Below are positions 9,659-18,519 of a stretch of DNA of 64,000 bases, piece by piece. The notes beneath the pieces were generated by a model. That model did no database searches, was not told the origin of the DNA, and was given only the letters and a program-made list of their open reading frames with translations. Numbering within the stretch: the stretch's first letter is position 1; the number at the start of each line of letters is the position of its first letter. Source of the stretch: an uncultured Gammaproteobacteria bacterium (GTDB taxonomy: Bacteria; Patescibacteriota; Patescibacteriia; Buchananbacterales; UBA6539); the NCBI GenBank assembly GCA_964535715.1, contig CAZHUO010000003.1:256-64255 (forward strand), in the 5' to 3' direction. The position numbers and the translations under genes are program-made.

Positions 9659-11078
9659 CAGAATTGTCTTAATATCATTGTATGATTTAGATTCCATAGC
9701 GATTCGAACCCTTCATTCTCTTTTAGAAAAAAATAAATTTGATGTATCTTCTATTTTTTTCGGTGAGACGGTTCATAATGTTGACATGCCTGTTTTGTCA
9801 GTAAGCCAAGTTAAAAGTTTGCTTAAACTTATAGAAGATGTTGATCCGGTTTTAGTCGGAATTAGTGTTAAATCTTTATTTTTCAACATAGCTAGCAAAT
9901 TAACTAATGAAATAAAGAAAAAATTGAATATAAAGGTTATATGGGGAGGTATTCATCCAACAATAATGCCAGATAATTGTCTTAAATTTTCAGATATGGT
10001 GTGTGTTGGAGAGGGGGAAGGATTGATATTGGATTTGATGAATAGATTATCGAGAGATAGGCCGATAGACGATATTAATAATTTATGGCTGAATATAGCA
10101 GGAAAAGTCATCAATAATAACTTACGGCCTTTAATCCAAAATTTAGATTCAATACCTTCGACGGATTTTTCTAACCATAAAAAGTATTTTATTAAGAATG
10201 ATGGCCATATTTATAATCCAAATCAGGTAAAGGAGAAATATTATTTTTGTCTTACAACTCGTGGCTGTCCGCTTAACTGCTCTTATTGCTATGGTAGCGT
10301 GCTGAGAAGGATTTATCACAATAAGGGTAATTATTTAAGAAGAAGAGGTGTAAATAATGTAATAGAGGAATTAGTGTCTGTAAAGAAGAATTTCAAGAAT
10401 TTAAAGTTTATATTTTTTACTGATGATGTATTTACTTTTGACATCGATTGGTTGTTTGACTTTTCGAAGAAATATAAGAAAAATATAAATATACCATTTC
10501 GTTGTTATTGTCACCCTAAAATGCTTAATGAAAAAATTTTAAAAATTCTAAAATATGCTGGAGTTGAAAAAATAAAAATTGGCATACAATCTGGATCTGA
10601 GGTAATAAGGCATGACTATCTGAAAAGGTATGATACCAATAAGGAGATAATAGTGGTTGCTAAGCTGTTAAAGAAATATAAAGTCAGTTGCCACTATGAT
10701 TTAATTGTTGATAATCCTTTAGAATCGGAAGAAGATAAGTTGGAAACCTTAAATTTATTGTTAGAATTGCCTCGACCATTTGAACTCTCTACCTTTATTT
10801 TAACTAATTTCCCCGGAACAGATCTTACAAAATTATTTGTAGATAAAGGAATAATTTATGAGGATGATGTAGAGGGTAGCGATAAAATAACTAGCAAATG
10901 GAGGCCAGAATTGGATTTTTCTAGAGGAAATGACTATGTATTTTGGAACACTTTGTATCATTTGGTTAAAAAAAATTATATACCTAAAAAATTTATAATT
11001 AAATTAAGTAAAAATTATTTTTTCAAAAATAATCCAAGGCCAGTTGCTACTTTGATGAAGCATATATTAAAAAATTAA
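9651..11078 (+). CDS. Cobalamin-binding (class B) radical SAM enzyme
   Basis: VGIS, WGGIHPT, VGEGE B12-domain motifs; RGCPLNCSYC CxxxCxxC; GIQSGS. Confidence 0.9.
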   Translation: MNNRIVLISLYDLDSIAIRTLHSLLEKNKFDVSSIFFGETVHNVDMPVLSVSQVKSLLKLIEDVDPVLVGISVKSLFFNIASKLTNEIKKKLNIKVIWGGIHPTIMPDNCLKFSDMVCVGEGEGLILDLMNRLSRDRPIDDINNLWLNIAGKVINNNLRPLIQNLDSIPSTDFSNHKKYFIKNDGHIYNPNQVKEKYYFCLTTRGCPLNCSYCYGSVLRRIYHNKGNYLRRRGVNNVIEELVSVKKNFKNLKFIFFTDDVFTFDIDWLFDFSKKYKKNINIPFRCYCHPKMLNEKILKILKYAGVEKIKIGIQSGSEVIRHDYLKRYDTNKEIIVVAKLLKKYKVSCHYDLIVDNPLESEEDKLETLNLLLELPRPFELSTFILTNFPGTDLTKLFVDKGIIYEDDVEGSDKITSKWRPELDFSRGNDYVFWNTLYHLVKKNYIPKKFIIKLSKNYFFKNNPRPVATLMKHILKN

Positions 11079-11096
11079 TTATATAAGAAAGTATTT

Positions 11097-11540
11097 ATGA
11101 AAATAACAATTTGTGGCAGCATTTCTTTCTTTGACGAAATGAATGAAATTAAGTCAAAGCTAGAAAAAATGGGACATAAAGTAAAATGTCCTCTGTATGA
11201 AATTAAAAACCATAACGGTGAGAAGATATCTGATCGAGAGTATTACGAGATTAGAAAGAAATCAACTCACCGTAAAAAATGGGTTTGGGAACAGAAAGGA
11301 GAGGCAATTAAGGAGCATTTTCGTAAGGTTATGTGGTCTGATATTATTCTAGTTGTTAATCATGACAAGGGTGATATTAAGGGATACATAGGTCCGAATA
11401 CTTTAATGGAAATGGGATTAGCTTTTTTCAAAAATAAAAAAATATTTTTGTATAATAAAATTCCAAACATTCCTTTGCGCGAAGAAGTATTAGGCCTAAA
11501 GCCTATTGTAATTGATAAAAATCTTAAAATGATTCAGTAG
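11097..11540 (+). CDS. Nucleoside 2-deoxyribosyltransferase-like (NDT/MilB-like fold) protein
   Basis: KITICGS, SDIILVVN, GYIGPNTLMEMGLAFFKNKKIF pattern typical of NDT-like proteins. Confidence 0.55.
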   Translation: MKITICGSISFFDEMNEIKSKLEKMGHKVKCPLYEIKNHNGEKISDREYYEIRKKSTHRKKWVWEQKGEAIKEHFRKVMWSDIILVVNHDKGDIKGYIGPNTLMEMGLAFFKNKKIFLYNKIPNIPLREEVLGLKPIVIDKNLKMIQ

Positions 11541-11576
11541 CTTTACTTAAGTGGCATTTTCAGTTATAATATTTTT

Positions 11577-12608
11577 ATGTTAAACGAAATCGAAAAATTA
11601 AAAGAGTCATTTAACCAGGAAATTGATGCTATTTCTAATATTGACATGCTAGATAAGCTAGAGGTTGATTATTTGGGCAGGAAATCCGGTAAGTTGAATA
11701 ATATATTACGTGGGCTTAAAGACTTATCAGAAGATGACCGTAAGAAAATTGGTTCTTTGGCTAATCAGTTAAGAAAAGAAATTGAAGGAAGAATTGTATC
11801 TAAACGGAAAGAGTTGTCTCACAGTAAGTCTAGCGTAGAGTTTTTAGATGTTACTCTACCAGGGACTAAGTTACCGGAAGGGCATCTGCATTTAGTAACC
11901 CAGGCGATAAGGGAAATAACCCACATATTTGAAAGGATAGGTTTCACTCGGGTTAAATACCCGGAAGTTGAGTGGGATTATTATGCTTTTGAAGCTTTGA
12001 ATATGCCACCTGATCATCCGGCTCGTGATGAATGGGAGACTTTTTTTATTGATAAAGATCCGGTAGGCCCTAAAGGTAAAAGAGTTTTAACCCCTCACAC
12101 TTCTTCCGGCCAGGTTAGAGAGATGGAAAGAGGAAAATTGCCGATACGAATGATTAATATTTCTAAGTGTTATAGGCGACAGGCTGATGTTTCCCATTTA
12201 GCGATGTTTCATCAGTTTGAAGGACTATTAATTGATGAGCATGTAACTATTGCAAATTTAAAAGGAACCCTTGAATATTTTTTCAAAAATTATTATGGTC
12301 CAGACAGGCAATATCGTTTAAGGCCTTTTCATTTCAGATTTACTGAGCCGAGTTTTGAAATTGATGTTTCTTGTGATCTCTGCAAAGGCAAGGGATGCAA
12401 GATGTGTAAAGCTGGCTGGCTTGAACTTGGTGGCGCCGGGATGGTTCATCCTAATGTTTTGAAAGCTGGAAAAATTGACCCCAATAAATATTCTGGCTTT
12501 GCTTTTGGCTGGGGCGTTGAAAGAGTATTTTTAATGAAGCCGGGATTGAATATCCCTGATATTAGAATGCTGTATAATAATGATTTGAGATTTTTGCAGC
12601 AATTTTAA
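11577..12608 (+). CDS. pheS: Phenylalanine--tRNA ligase alpha subunit
   Basis: YLGRKSG, HPARD, HTSSGQ, FHQFEGL, FRFTEPS, GFAFGWGVER, DLRFLQQF. Confidence 0.97.
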   Translation: MLNEIEKLKESFNQEIDAISNIDMLDKLEVDYLGRKSGKLNNILRGLKDLSEDDRKKIGSLANQLRKEIEGRIVSKRKELSHSKSSVEFLDVTLPGTKLPEGHLHLVTQAIREITHIFERIGFTRVKYPEVEWDYYAFEALNMPPDHPARDEWETFFIDKDPVGPKGKRVLTPHTSSGQVREMERGKLPIRMINISKCYRRQADVSHLAMFHQFEGLLIDEHVTIANLKGTLEYFFKNYYGPDRQYRLRPFHFRFTEPSFEIDVSCDLCKGKGCKMCKAGWLELGGAGMVHPNVLKAGKIDPNKYSGFAFGWGVERVFLMKPGLNIPDIRMLYNNDLRFLQQF

Positions 12609-12626
12609 CTTAATAGTTTCAATAAT

Positions 12627-12666
12627 AAAAAAATGACTACCGCCGATAGTATAAACGGTAGTCGTT
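12627..12666. terminator. Terminator between the convergent pheS and PheS-like gene
   Basis: A-tract then gactaccg...cggtagtc stem. Confidence 0.6.
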
Positions 12667-12671
12667 TGCAT

Positions 12672-13796
12672 TTACGAAAGGTAGCCGTGAGTGCCACTTT
12701 GGTTTACGCCCAGGTAGACCCGGTTGCGTAACTCATTGGCTTCCTCTTGGAGCAATGATCTCTCGTGAGACCTGAGGACAATTCTTGCCAGGATATTCTT
12801 TTGACCTGGCTTTATCCCGAGGCGTTGGATTGCCTGCGGAGGCAGATCGTCATACGCCGTTTCCGACAAGATGGTTACTTCTTCCAATATCTCTACCTTG
12901 TCGTCCATAGCATCTCTTATCGCCTCGCAGATGTCTTCCTCGGTGCATTCGTTAGCCACCGAAAATGACATGTCCTGTCGAACGGGAGGATACTTTGAGA
13001 CTGGCTGGTAGTGATCGAGATTGGCCATCTGACGCTTGATTCTTGGATCTTCCGATCGGAGAATACGAATGTCGTCGATGCCCTTGATAATCATCACCAG
13101 TCGATCCAATCCCATACCCATCGCCAGCCCGGAATATTCCTCTGGGTTTAATCCGGCGTCGTTCAGGACCTCAGGATGAGCTTCGCCACATTCTAGGACT
13201 TCCAGCCACTCGCCTTTAACGAGAATCTCCACCTCTAGACCGTTGATAGTGTAGGGATGTTTCACCTCGTTCGCCCGATATTCACAACCAGGCACGACAA
13301 GTGAGATTACGGTCTCGATCAGAGAAATCAGTGCCTGACGTTCAAGTCGAGGTTCACCTTTCCTGACTCGCCAGATGTCCAGCTGATGCGGTTCGCCACA
13401 ATGGGTCTTGTTGACAACGTCACGGCGATAGCATATCCCCGGACAAATAACGAGATAGTCATCGACACCTCTTTCCCTTGCCTTCTGTAGAACGTCGGGG
13501 ATCATCGCTGAAGTGTGCGTCCTTAAGACTGTGTCATGGGACACATATCTCGTGTAGATTGAAGACCTGCCCGTATTGTCTTTAGGGAAACGCAGCCTGT
13601 CGAAATTGTTGGCCACCGTGGTTATTGGATTGGTTCTCACCACTTCTGGCGTTGGCCAATCCGCAAGCTCGATGAAACCGGTTACCAGTTTCTGAACAAC
13701 AAGGTTGATGGCGTGAATACCATTTTTTGGATCGGAAAGATCCGGGATCGCTAGAGTTTCCCTTAGTCTTCTCTCGGTCATCACTTCTATTCTCAT
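12672..13796 (-). CDS. Monomeric PheS-related ligase with C-terminal FDX-ACB anticodon-binding domain (SrmL-like)
   Basis: LRTHTSAMIP, CPGICYRRD, HQLDIW, HPYT, LECG, GLAMGMGLDRL, DIRILRSEDPRI, then YPPVRQDMSF (FDX-ACB); AGGAGGTG SD upstream of ATG 13796; GC-rich. Confidence 0.75.
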   Translation of the reverse strand: MRIEVMTERRLRETLAIPDLSDPKNGIHAINLVVQKLVTGFIELADWPTPEVVRTNPITTVANNFDRLRFPKDNTGRSSIYTRYVSHDTVLRTHTSAMIPDVLQKARERGVDDYLVICPGICYRRDVVNKTHCGEPHQLDIWRVRKGEPRLERQALISLIETVISLVVPGCEYRANEVKHPYTINGLEVEILVKGEWLEVLECGEAHPEVLNDAGLNPEEYSGLAMGMGLDRLVMIIKGIDDIRILRSEDPRIKRQMANLDHYQPVSKYPPVRQDMSFSVANECTEEDICEAIRDAMDDKVEILEEVTILSETAYDDLPPQAIQRLGIKPGQKNILARIVLRSHERSLLQEEANELRNRVYLGVNQSGTHGYLS

Positions 13797-13922
13797 TGTA
13801 TTCACCTCCTTTCTCTGTAAGGTTTGAGTTTCAAAGGTCATTATTTCCTAACTAGGAAATCATTTTATATTATTACTATTTGGCTTTAATGTCAAGGTAA
13901 AATTTGTTATACTTAAGTTACT

Positions 13923-14339
13923 ATGGAAATCCGTCAAGCTAAAACTAAAAAAGATTTTATCTACGTTGCTTCTTTGTTTAACCCGAAAAACAATGAATAT
14001 ATTTGGCCGAAAACTCAAACCGCTAAGCAAGTTAAATAAAATTGTAGTGAGAACAAACGCTATTATATTTTATTAGTTAAGAATAAACCAGTTGGCTGGT
14101 TTAACATTCGTTTGTCCGACAGTAAAGAAGCAACCATTGGAATAATTATTGACTATCCCTACCGAGGTCAAGGTTTTGGTAAACAAGCCATAGCGTTGAT
14201 TAAAAAGGAAGCCAAGAAGTTGGGAATGAAAAAGTTAAGATTGGAAGTTTTTGTTGACAATAAACCGGCCGTCAGCCTCTACAAAAAATCAGATTTTAAA
14301 ACAACTGCGAAGGTATTGGTAATGGAAAACAAGCTTTAA
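13923..14339 (+). pseudogene. GNAT N-acetyltransferase with an in-frame stop
   Basis: ATG 13923 (MEIRQAKTKKD...) is in frame with the ORF carrying YRGQGFG and NKPAVSLYKKSDF; TAA at 14037-14039 interrupts it. Confidence 0.7.
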
Positions 14340-14354
14340 ATTTTTTTATTAAAT

Positions 14355-14768
14355 ATGAATCAAAGAGTCAGGGCAATTATTATTAGACAAAATAAAATAC
14401 TTCTTATAAAAAGAGTAAAACCGAATGAAACTTATTGGGTAATTCCCGGCGGCGGTATTGAAAAAGGCGAGACAAAAGAACAGGCATTGATCAGAGAAAT
14501 CAAGGAAGAACTAGGCTTAGATATTAAACCAAAAGAATTATTCTTGAAAAGAAAATCAGACAAGTCTGGCATGGAAGGCATAACTGAATATTTTTTCACG
14601 GCTGACATTGTTGGCGGTAAACTTGGATCCGGTAAAGGCCCTGAATATGAACCGAATTCTAGTTATCAAGGTAAATATGAATTAGAATGGGTAGATATTT
14701 TTGATTTGTCTAAAATTGATTTAAAACCCCAAGAAGTTAAAGACTTAATTATCAAATTATTTAAATGA
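14355..14768 (+). CDS. NUDIX hydrolase
   Basis: PGGGIEKGETKEQALIREIKEELGL. Confidence 0.9.
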   Translation: MNQRVRAIIIRQNKILLIKRVKPNETYWVIPGGGIEKGETKEQALIREIKEELGLDIKPKELFLKRKSDKSGMEGITEYFFTADIVGGKLGSGKGPEYEPNSSYQGKYELEWVDIFDLSKIDLKPQEVKDLIIKLFK

Positions 14769-14769
14769 A

Positions 14770-15375
14770 ATGAAAAGATTACTTTTAACATCTCATGGCT
14801 TTTCTGATGAACCTGTCCGTAAGGCATTTTTAAAATTATTAGATAAGCCAGTAAAAAATTTAACCGCCGCCATAATTACCACAGCCTCGGTTGATCATAA
14901 AGAAAATAATAAATATGCTGTCTCAACCAAAGAGTATTTTGAAAAATTGGGATTCAAAGAAGTTGAGTTTGCTGACATAGAATTTGATGATCCAAATATA
15001 CTTAAAAATTTTGATTTCATCTATATAAACGGTGGTAATACATTTTATCTCTTACACCACCTCAAGAAAAGTGGTGCCGATGAAGTATTAAAAGAAATAG
15101 CCGACAAAGCTATTTTAGTCGGCACCAGCGCCGGTGCTGTAGTTTTGGGGCCGGATACTAAAATCGCAGCCGAGTTTGACGACGAGCGAAATACGGTCGG
15201 ACTAAAGGATTTTTCAGCCTTAGATTTAACTGATATTATTGTCATCCCTCATTATCGCGAGGAATTAGAAAGCGACATTAAAAATTTTGAAAAAGAAAAT
15301 AGCTGTAAAGTGACTAGATTAAAAGACGGCCAGGCAGTGAGTATAATGGGTAATAAAGTTGAATTTATCGGATAG
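14770..15375 (+). CDS. Peptidase E / S51-family (type 1 glutamine amidotransferase-like) protein
   Basis: YINGGNTFYL, GTSAGA nucleophile elbow, IPHY. Confidence 0.85.
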   Translation: MKRLLLTSHGFSDEPVRKAFLKLLDKPVKNLTAAIITTASVDHKENNKYAVSTKEYFEKLGFKEVEFADIEFDDPNILKNFDFIYINGGNTFYLLHHLKKSGADEVLKEIADKAILVGTSAGAVVLGPDTKIAAEFDDERNTVGLKDFSALDLTDIIVIPHYREELESDIKNFEKENSCKVTRLKDGQAVSIMGNKVEFIG

Positions 15376-15456
15376 ACTATTTATGCTATAAAAGTTTGAT
15401 TAAGTCAAATTTTTTTACTCATTTTTTCTTTTTATACTGTTGCATTCATCTCATTT

Positions 15457-15512
15457 ACCCTGACCCATTCGACTTCGCTCAGGGTCACCTCGAGTGGAAT
15501 CGAGAGGTGACC
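15457..15512. repeat. REP-like palindromic doublet
   Basis: accctga-cccattcgacttcgc-tcagggt overlapping ggtcacctcga...tcgagaggtgacc. Confidence 0.6.
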
Positions 15513-15666
15513 GACCCCCGTCAGAACTCATTCTCAAAAGACCCCTGAAACCTTGCCAATAATTGGTTCCAGACCGCAGTGCGGAGCTGAGGATTTTTTG
15601 TTTAGGCAGTCACAGTGGTAGAGTCCCGCGAATGCGGGGTTAACCAATCGGTTCCTGGTTCTGCGC

Positions 15667-15899
15667 CACCTTAATTAATCAAAAAGGCGCATCCCCGCCA
15701 TAGGCGGACAAGCGTCTACGGCGGAGAGTCCAGGCCGCGGAGTAAAGGGCTTATTTTATTAAAAAAAATCGTTTCTGCTTCACCTTAATTGACTAAAAAG
15801 GCGCATCTTCTCCATAGGCTGACAAGCGCCTCTGACAGGGATTCCAGGCCGCGGCGCCGAGGATTTTTAAAATTAAAAAAAAACCATTTTTTCTGGCTT
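15667..15899. repeat. Degenerate tandem repeat, 2 units, period 114 bp, with palindromic core
   Basis: caccttaatt..aaaaaggcgcatc..ccataggc.gacaagcg.ct..tccaggccgcgg.. starting at 15667 and 15781; core recurs at about 45401-45455. Confidence 0.75.
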
Positions 15900-15924
15900 C
15901 TTTTTTTGTGTTAAAATTATTTTT

Positions 15925-17199
15925 TTAGCTGAATATTTTTTTAAATTCTTCCAAGACAACATTTTTATCATTCCAATTAATCTTTTTTCCATCAGCCAGG
16001 CACATTGAATTTTCCGATCCTTTACCGGTGATTATTACCACATCATCTTTATTGGCAGATTTTAGAGCCTCTGCTATTGCTTTTCTTCGATCAATCATTT
16101 TTTTGGCTGAAGTATTATTTTTGGCTATTTCGTTAATTATTGCCATCGGATCTTCATCGTAGGGGTCTTCATTTGTAATAATTGTTTGATCGCAATATTT
16201 TGAAGCCAGTTTGCCTAAAATCGGCCTTTTCCATTTATCTCTGCCGCCGCCGCAAGACCCTAAAACACATATTAATTTGTTTTTTTGGCTTTCGGTTTTT
16301 AGCGTTTGATATGCCTTTTCCAATGAATCGGGGGTAACGGCATAATCAACAAATACTTTATAAGGTGCGGAAATTATTTGTTCCATCCTGCCGGGCATTA
16401 TTTTTATTTTATTTAAGGCATTTTTACAAACATTTAAACTGATATTTTGTGAAAGCCCCAAGGATACAGCCGCCAGCGCATTGTAGATATTGAATTTGCC
16501 CAAAAGATTAAGGCGAAACTTAACACCATCTAAATAAAAGACGGAACCGTCTTTCAAGCATTGATAATCTTTTGTGGCAATTTTCTTTATGTCAAGAAAT
16601 TTATTTGTATTTTTAAGTTTTAGACTGTATAAGTATTTTTTCTCCGACTTAAAATTAAGGAAGTATTCAAAATTATCATCATCAGAATTAATTATATGAA
16701 TATTTTTATTAAGCCTGAAAAGTTCACCTTTTGACTTAAGATAATTTTCAAAACCGCCGTGTGCTTCCAAGTGTTCCGGTGTAACATTGGTAATTATAAC
16801 TGCTTCAAAATCAATAAACCTATGACGATGTTGCTTTATGCCTTCTGAGCTTACTTCAACTACGACATATTGGCAATTTTTTGAAACAGCTTGCCGTAAT
16901 AATTTTTGCAAAGAAAATCTGCCCGGCATTGTCATTCTTGAATCGTTAGGCCAGCTTTTTTCTCTTATTTGAAAATAGACAGAAGACGAAACGGCAATTT
17001 CAAAGCCGGCTTCTTTTAGAATTTCCGAAATCATTCTGACTACGGTTGATTTTCCGTTTGTTCCGGTTACACCGATAACTTTTATTTTTTTGGAAGGATA
17101 TCTGTAAATCATGCAAGCCAAAAAAGCCATGCATAAATGGTAAAAACTAAACGCTGATTTTGGCAGAATTTTTTTAAAAATTGATTTAATATTTTGCAT
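15925..17199 (-). CDS. murE: UDP-N-acetylmuramyl-tripeptide synthetase (MurE family, CPR-type)
   Basis: GVTGTNGKST, EVSSEG, TNVTPEHL, PGRME, DYAVTPDSL, GGRDKWKRP, EDPYDEDP, GKGSE. Confidence 0.88.
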   Translation of the reverse strand: MQNIKSIFKKILPKSAFSFYHLCMAFLACMIYRYPSKKIKVIGVTGTNGKSTVVRMISEILKEAGFEIAVSSSVYFQIREKSWPNDSRMTMPGRFSLQKLLRQAVSKNCQYVVVEVSSEGIKQHRHRFIDFEAVIITNVTPEHLEAHGGFENYLKSKGELFRLNKNIHIINSDDDNFEYFLNFKSEKKYLYSLKLKNTNKFLDIKKIATKDYQCLKDGSVFYLDGVKFRLNLLGKFNIYNALAAVSLGLSQNISLNVCKNALNKIKIMPGRMEQIISAPYKVFVDYAVTPDSLEKAYQTLKTESQKNKLICVLGSCGGGRDKWKRPILGKLASKYCDQTIITNEDPYDEDPMAIINEIAKNNTSAKKMIDRRKAIAEALKSANKDDVVIITGKGSENSMCLADGKKINWNDKNVVLEEFKKIFS

Positions 17200-17360
17200 T
17201 TTGACTTTCTATTTATTTTGCCTATATAAATGATATAATAATATTGATTATTTTGCCAGCTTGAATTATAATTCGCGAAATTTGACGCCATTTGGCAGTT
17301 TATTTGTTTGTTATTTTCTGTTATAATTATTTTTAGATTAAGTAATTGATATAATATTAC

Positions 17361-18377
17361 ATGAATAACATTCCCTATATAAAAATTACTGCCAAAGATA
17401 ATTATGACCTTGGCTTTAAATTGGGAAAAAGATTGCATGGCAATATAAAAGATCGTATAACGGCAAACAAACGCCTTTATAAAAAAATGGGGGCAAAGAG
17501 TTTTTCTAAGTTGATTGAAATGTCTTTAAAATTTTTGCCGGCAGTAGAAGAGAATTTTCCGCATTTTTTATCTGAAGTCAAGGGTTTAAGTTCAGGATCC
17601 AAGGTTAAGTTTGAGGATCTAATGGTCTTAATATGCGAGGAAGAGGTGCTGGGACTAAAAATACCAAAGTGCACCAATGTAGCCGTTAAAAACAGCAATG
17701 AAGTTTTGATTGGACATAACGAGGACTGGCTTCATGCATATAAAAATAACGGACTTTATATTTTAAATTGCCGAATAAAAAACCGTCATTCCCTAAGCTT
17801 GAATTATATGGGAACTTTAGCCGGTTCCAGCTGCGGTTTAAACGACAGCGGTTTGTGCTTTACCGCCAATTCGTTAAGCCCAACCAGATTCCGCTACGGC
17901 GTCCCGATAAAATTTCAGTTCCGGGCGATTTTGGATTGCAAGACCGTCAAACAAGCAATTTATTCGGATATTAAAGAAAGCAGCATCTGCGGCAATACCA
18001 TTTATGGCTGGAGAAATTCACGAATTTTGGATGTTGAAGACCATTTCGGCCATCATGATTTTTTTCAAAGCGAAAAATTTTTGATTCATACAAACCATCC
18101 GTTACAAAAAGAAGACAGAAACAGAATAAACACAAAAAAAGAGTCAATAGACAGATATAATAGGGCGCTGGAAATATTAAATCAGGTAAAGAAATATGAT
18201 TTGCCGCTGCTGAAGAAAATATTGGTTGATCATGAGGCCGGAATTTGCAGTCATCGCGAAAAAAATACTTTTTGGGGCTCTACTATTGCGTCCGTAATTA
18301 TGAATCCGAAAAAAAAATGGATGGAAGTTTGCTGGTCTAATCCTTGCAAGAACGAATACTTAAGGCATTATCTTTAA
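17361..18377 (+). CDS. C45-family autoproteolytic acyltransferase/hydrolase (Ntn; isopenicillin-N acyltransferase-like)
   Basis: YDLGFKLG propeptide, K-CT nucleophile, IGHNEDW, GLNDSGL, HTNH, STIASVI. Confidence 0.8.
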   Translation: MNNIPYIKITAKDNYDLGFKLGKRLHGNIKDRITANKRLYKKMGAKSFSKLIEMSLKFLPAVEENFPHFLSEVKGLSSGSKVKFEDLMVLICEEEVLGLKIPKCTNVAVKNSNEVLIGHNEDWLHAYKNNGLYILNCRIKNRHSLSLNYMGTLAGSSCGLNDSGLCFTANSLSPTRFRYGVPIKFQFRAILDCKTVKQAIYSDIKESSICGNTIYGWRNSRILDVEDHFGHHDFFQSEKFLIHTNHPLQKEDRNRINTKKESIDRYNRALEILNQVKKYDLPLLKKILVDHEAGICSHREKNTFWGSTIASVIMNPKKKWMEVCWSNPCKNEYLRHYL

Positions 18378-18435
18378 ATATTTTTAAATTAATATATCAA
18401 ATTTATTTGTTTTGGCTCAAATTGAGTTTTTTTTG

Positions 18436-18464
18436 TTGACTTTTTTGATTATTTATCAGATAAT
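18436..18464 (+). promoter_or_regulatory. Putative sigma70 promoter
   Basis: TTGACT-N17-GATAAT upstream of 18520. Confidence 0.4.
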
Positions 18465-18519
18465 TAATAATGTTGCCATTATTTTTTTGGCCAAATAAAT
18501 TTAAGATTAAAAGATAAAA

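Noticed and set aside
14037-14039. Stop-codon recoding or alternative genetic code
   Set aside because: A single TAA only; TAA, TAG and TGA all terminate conserved genes normally elsewhere in the window
15457-15899. CRISPR array or tRNA in the repeat-rich gap
   Set aside because: No constant repeat with unique spacers, no cas genes, and no T-arm GTTCRA/cloverleaf found
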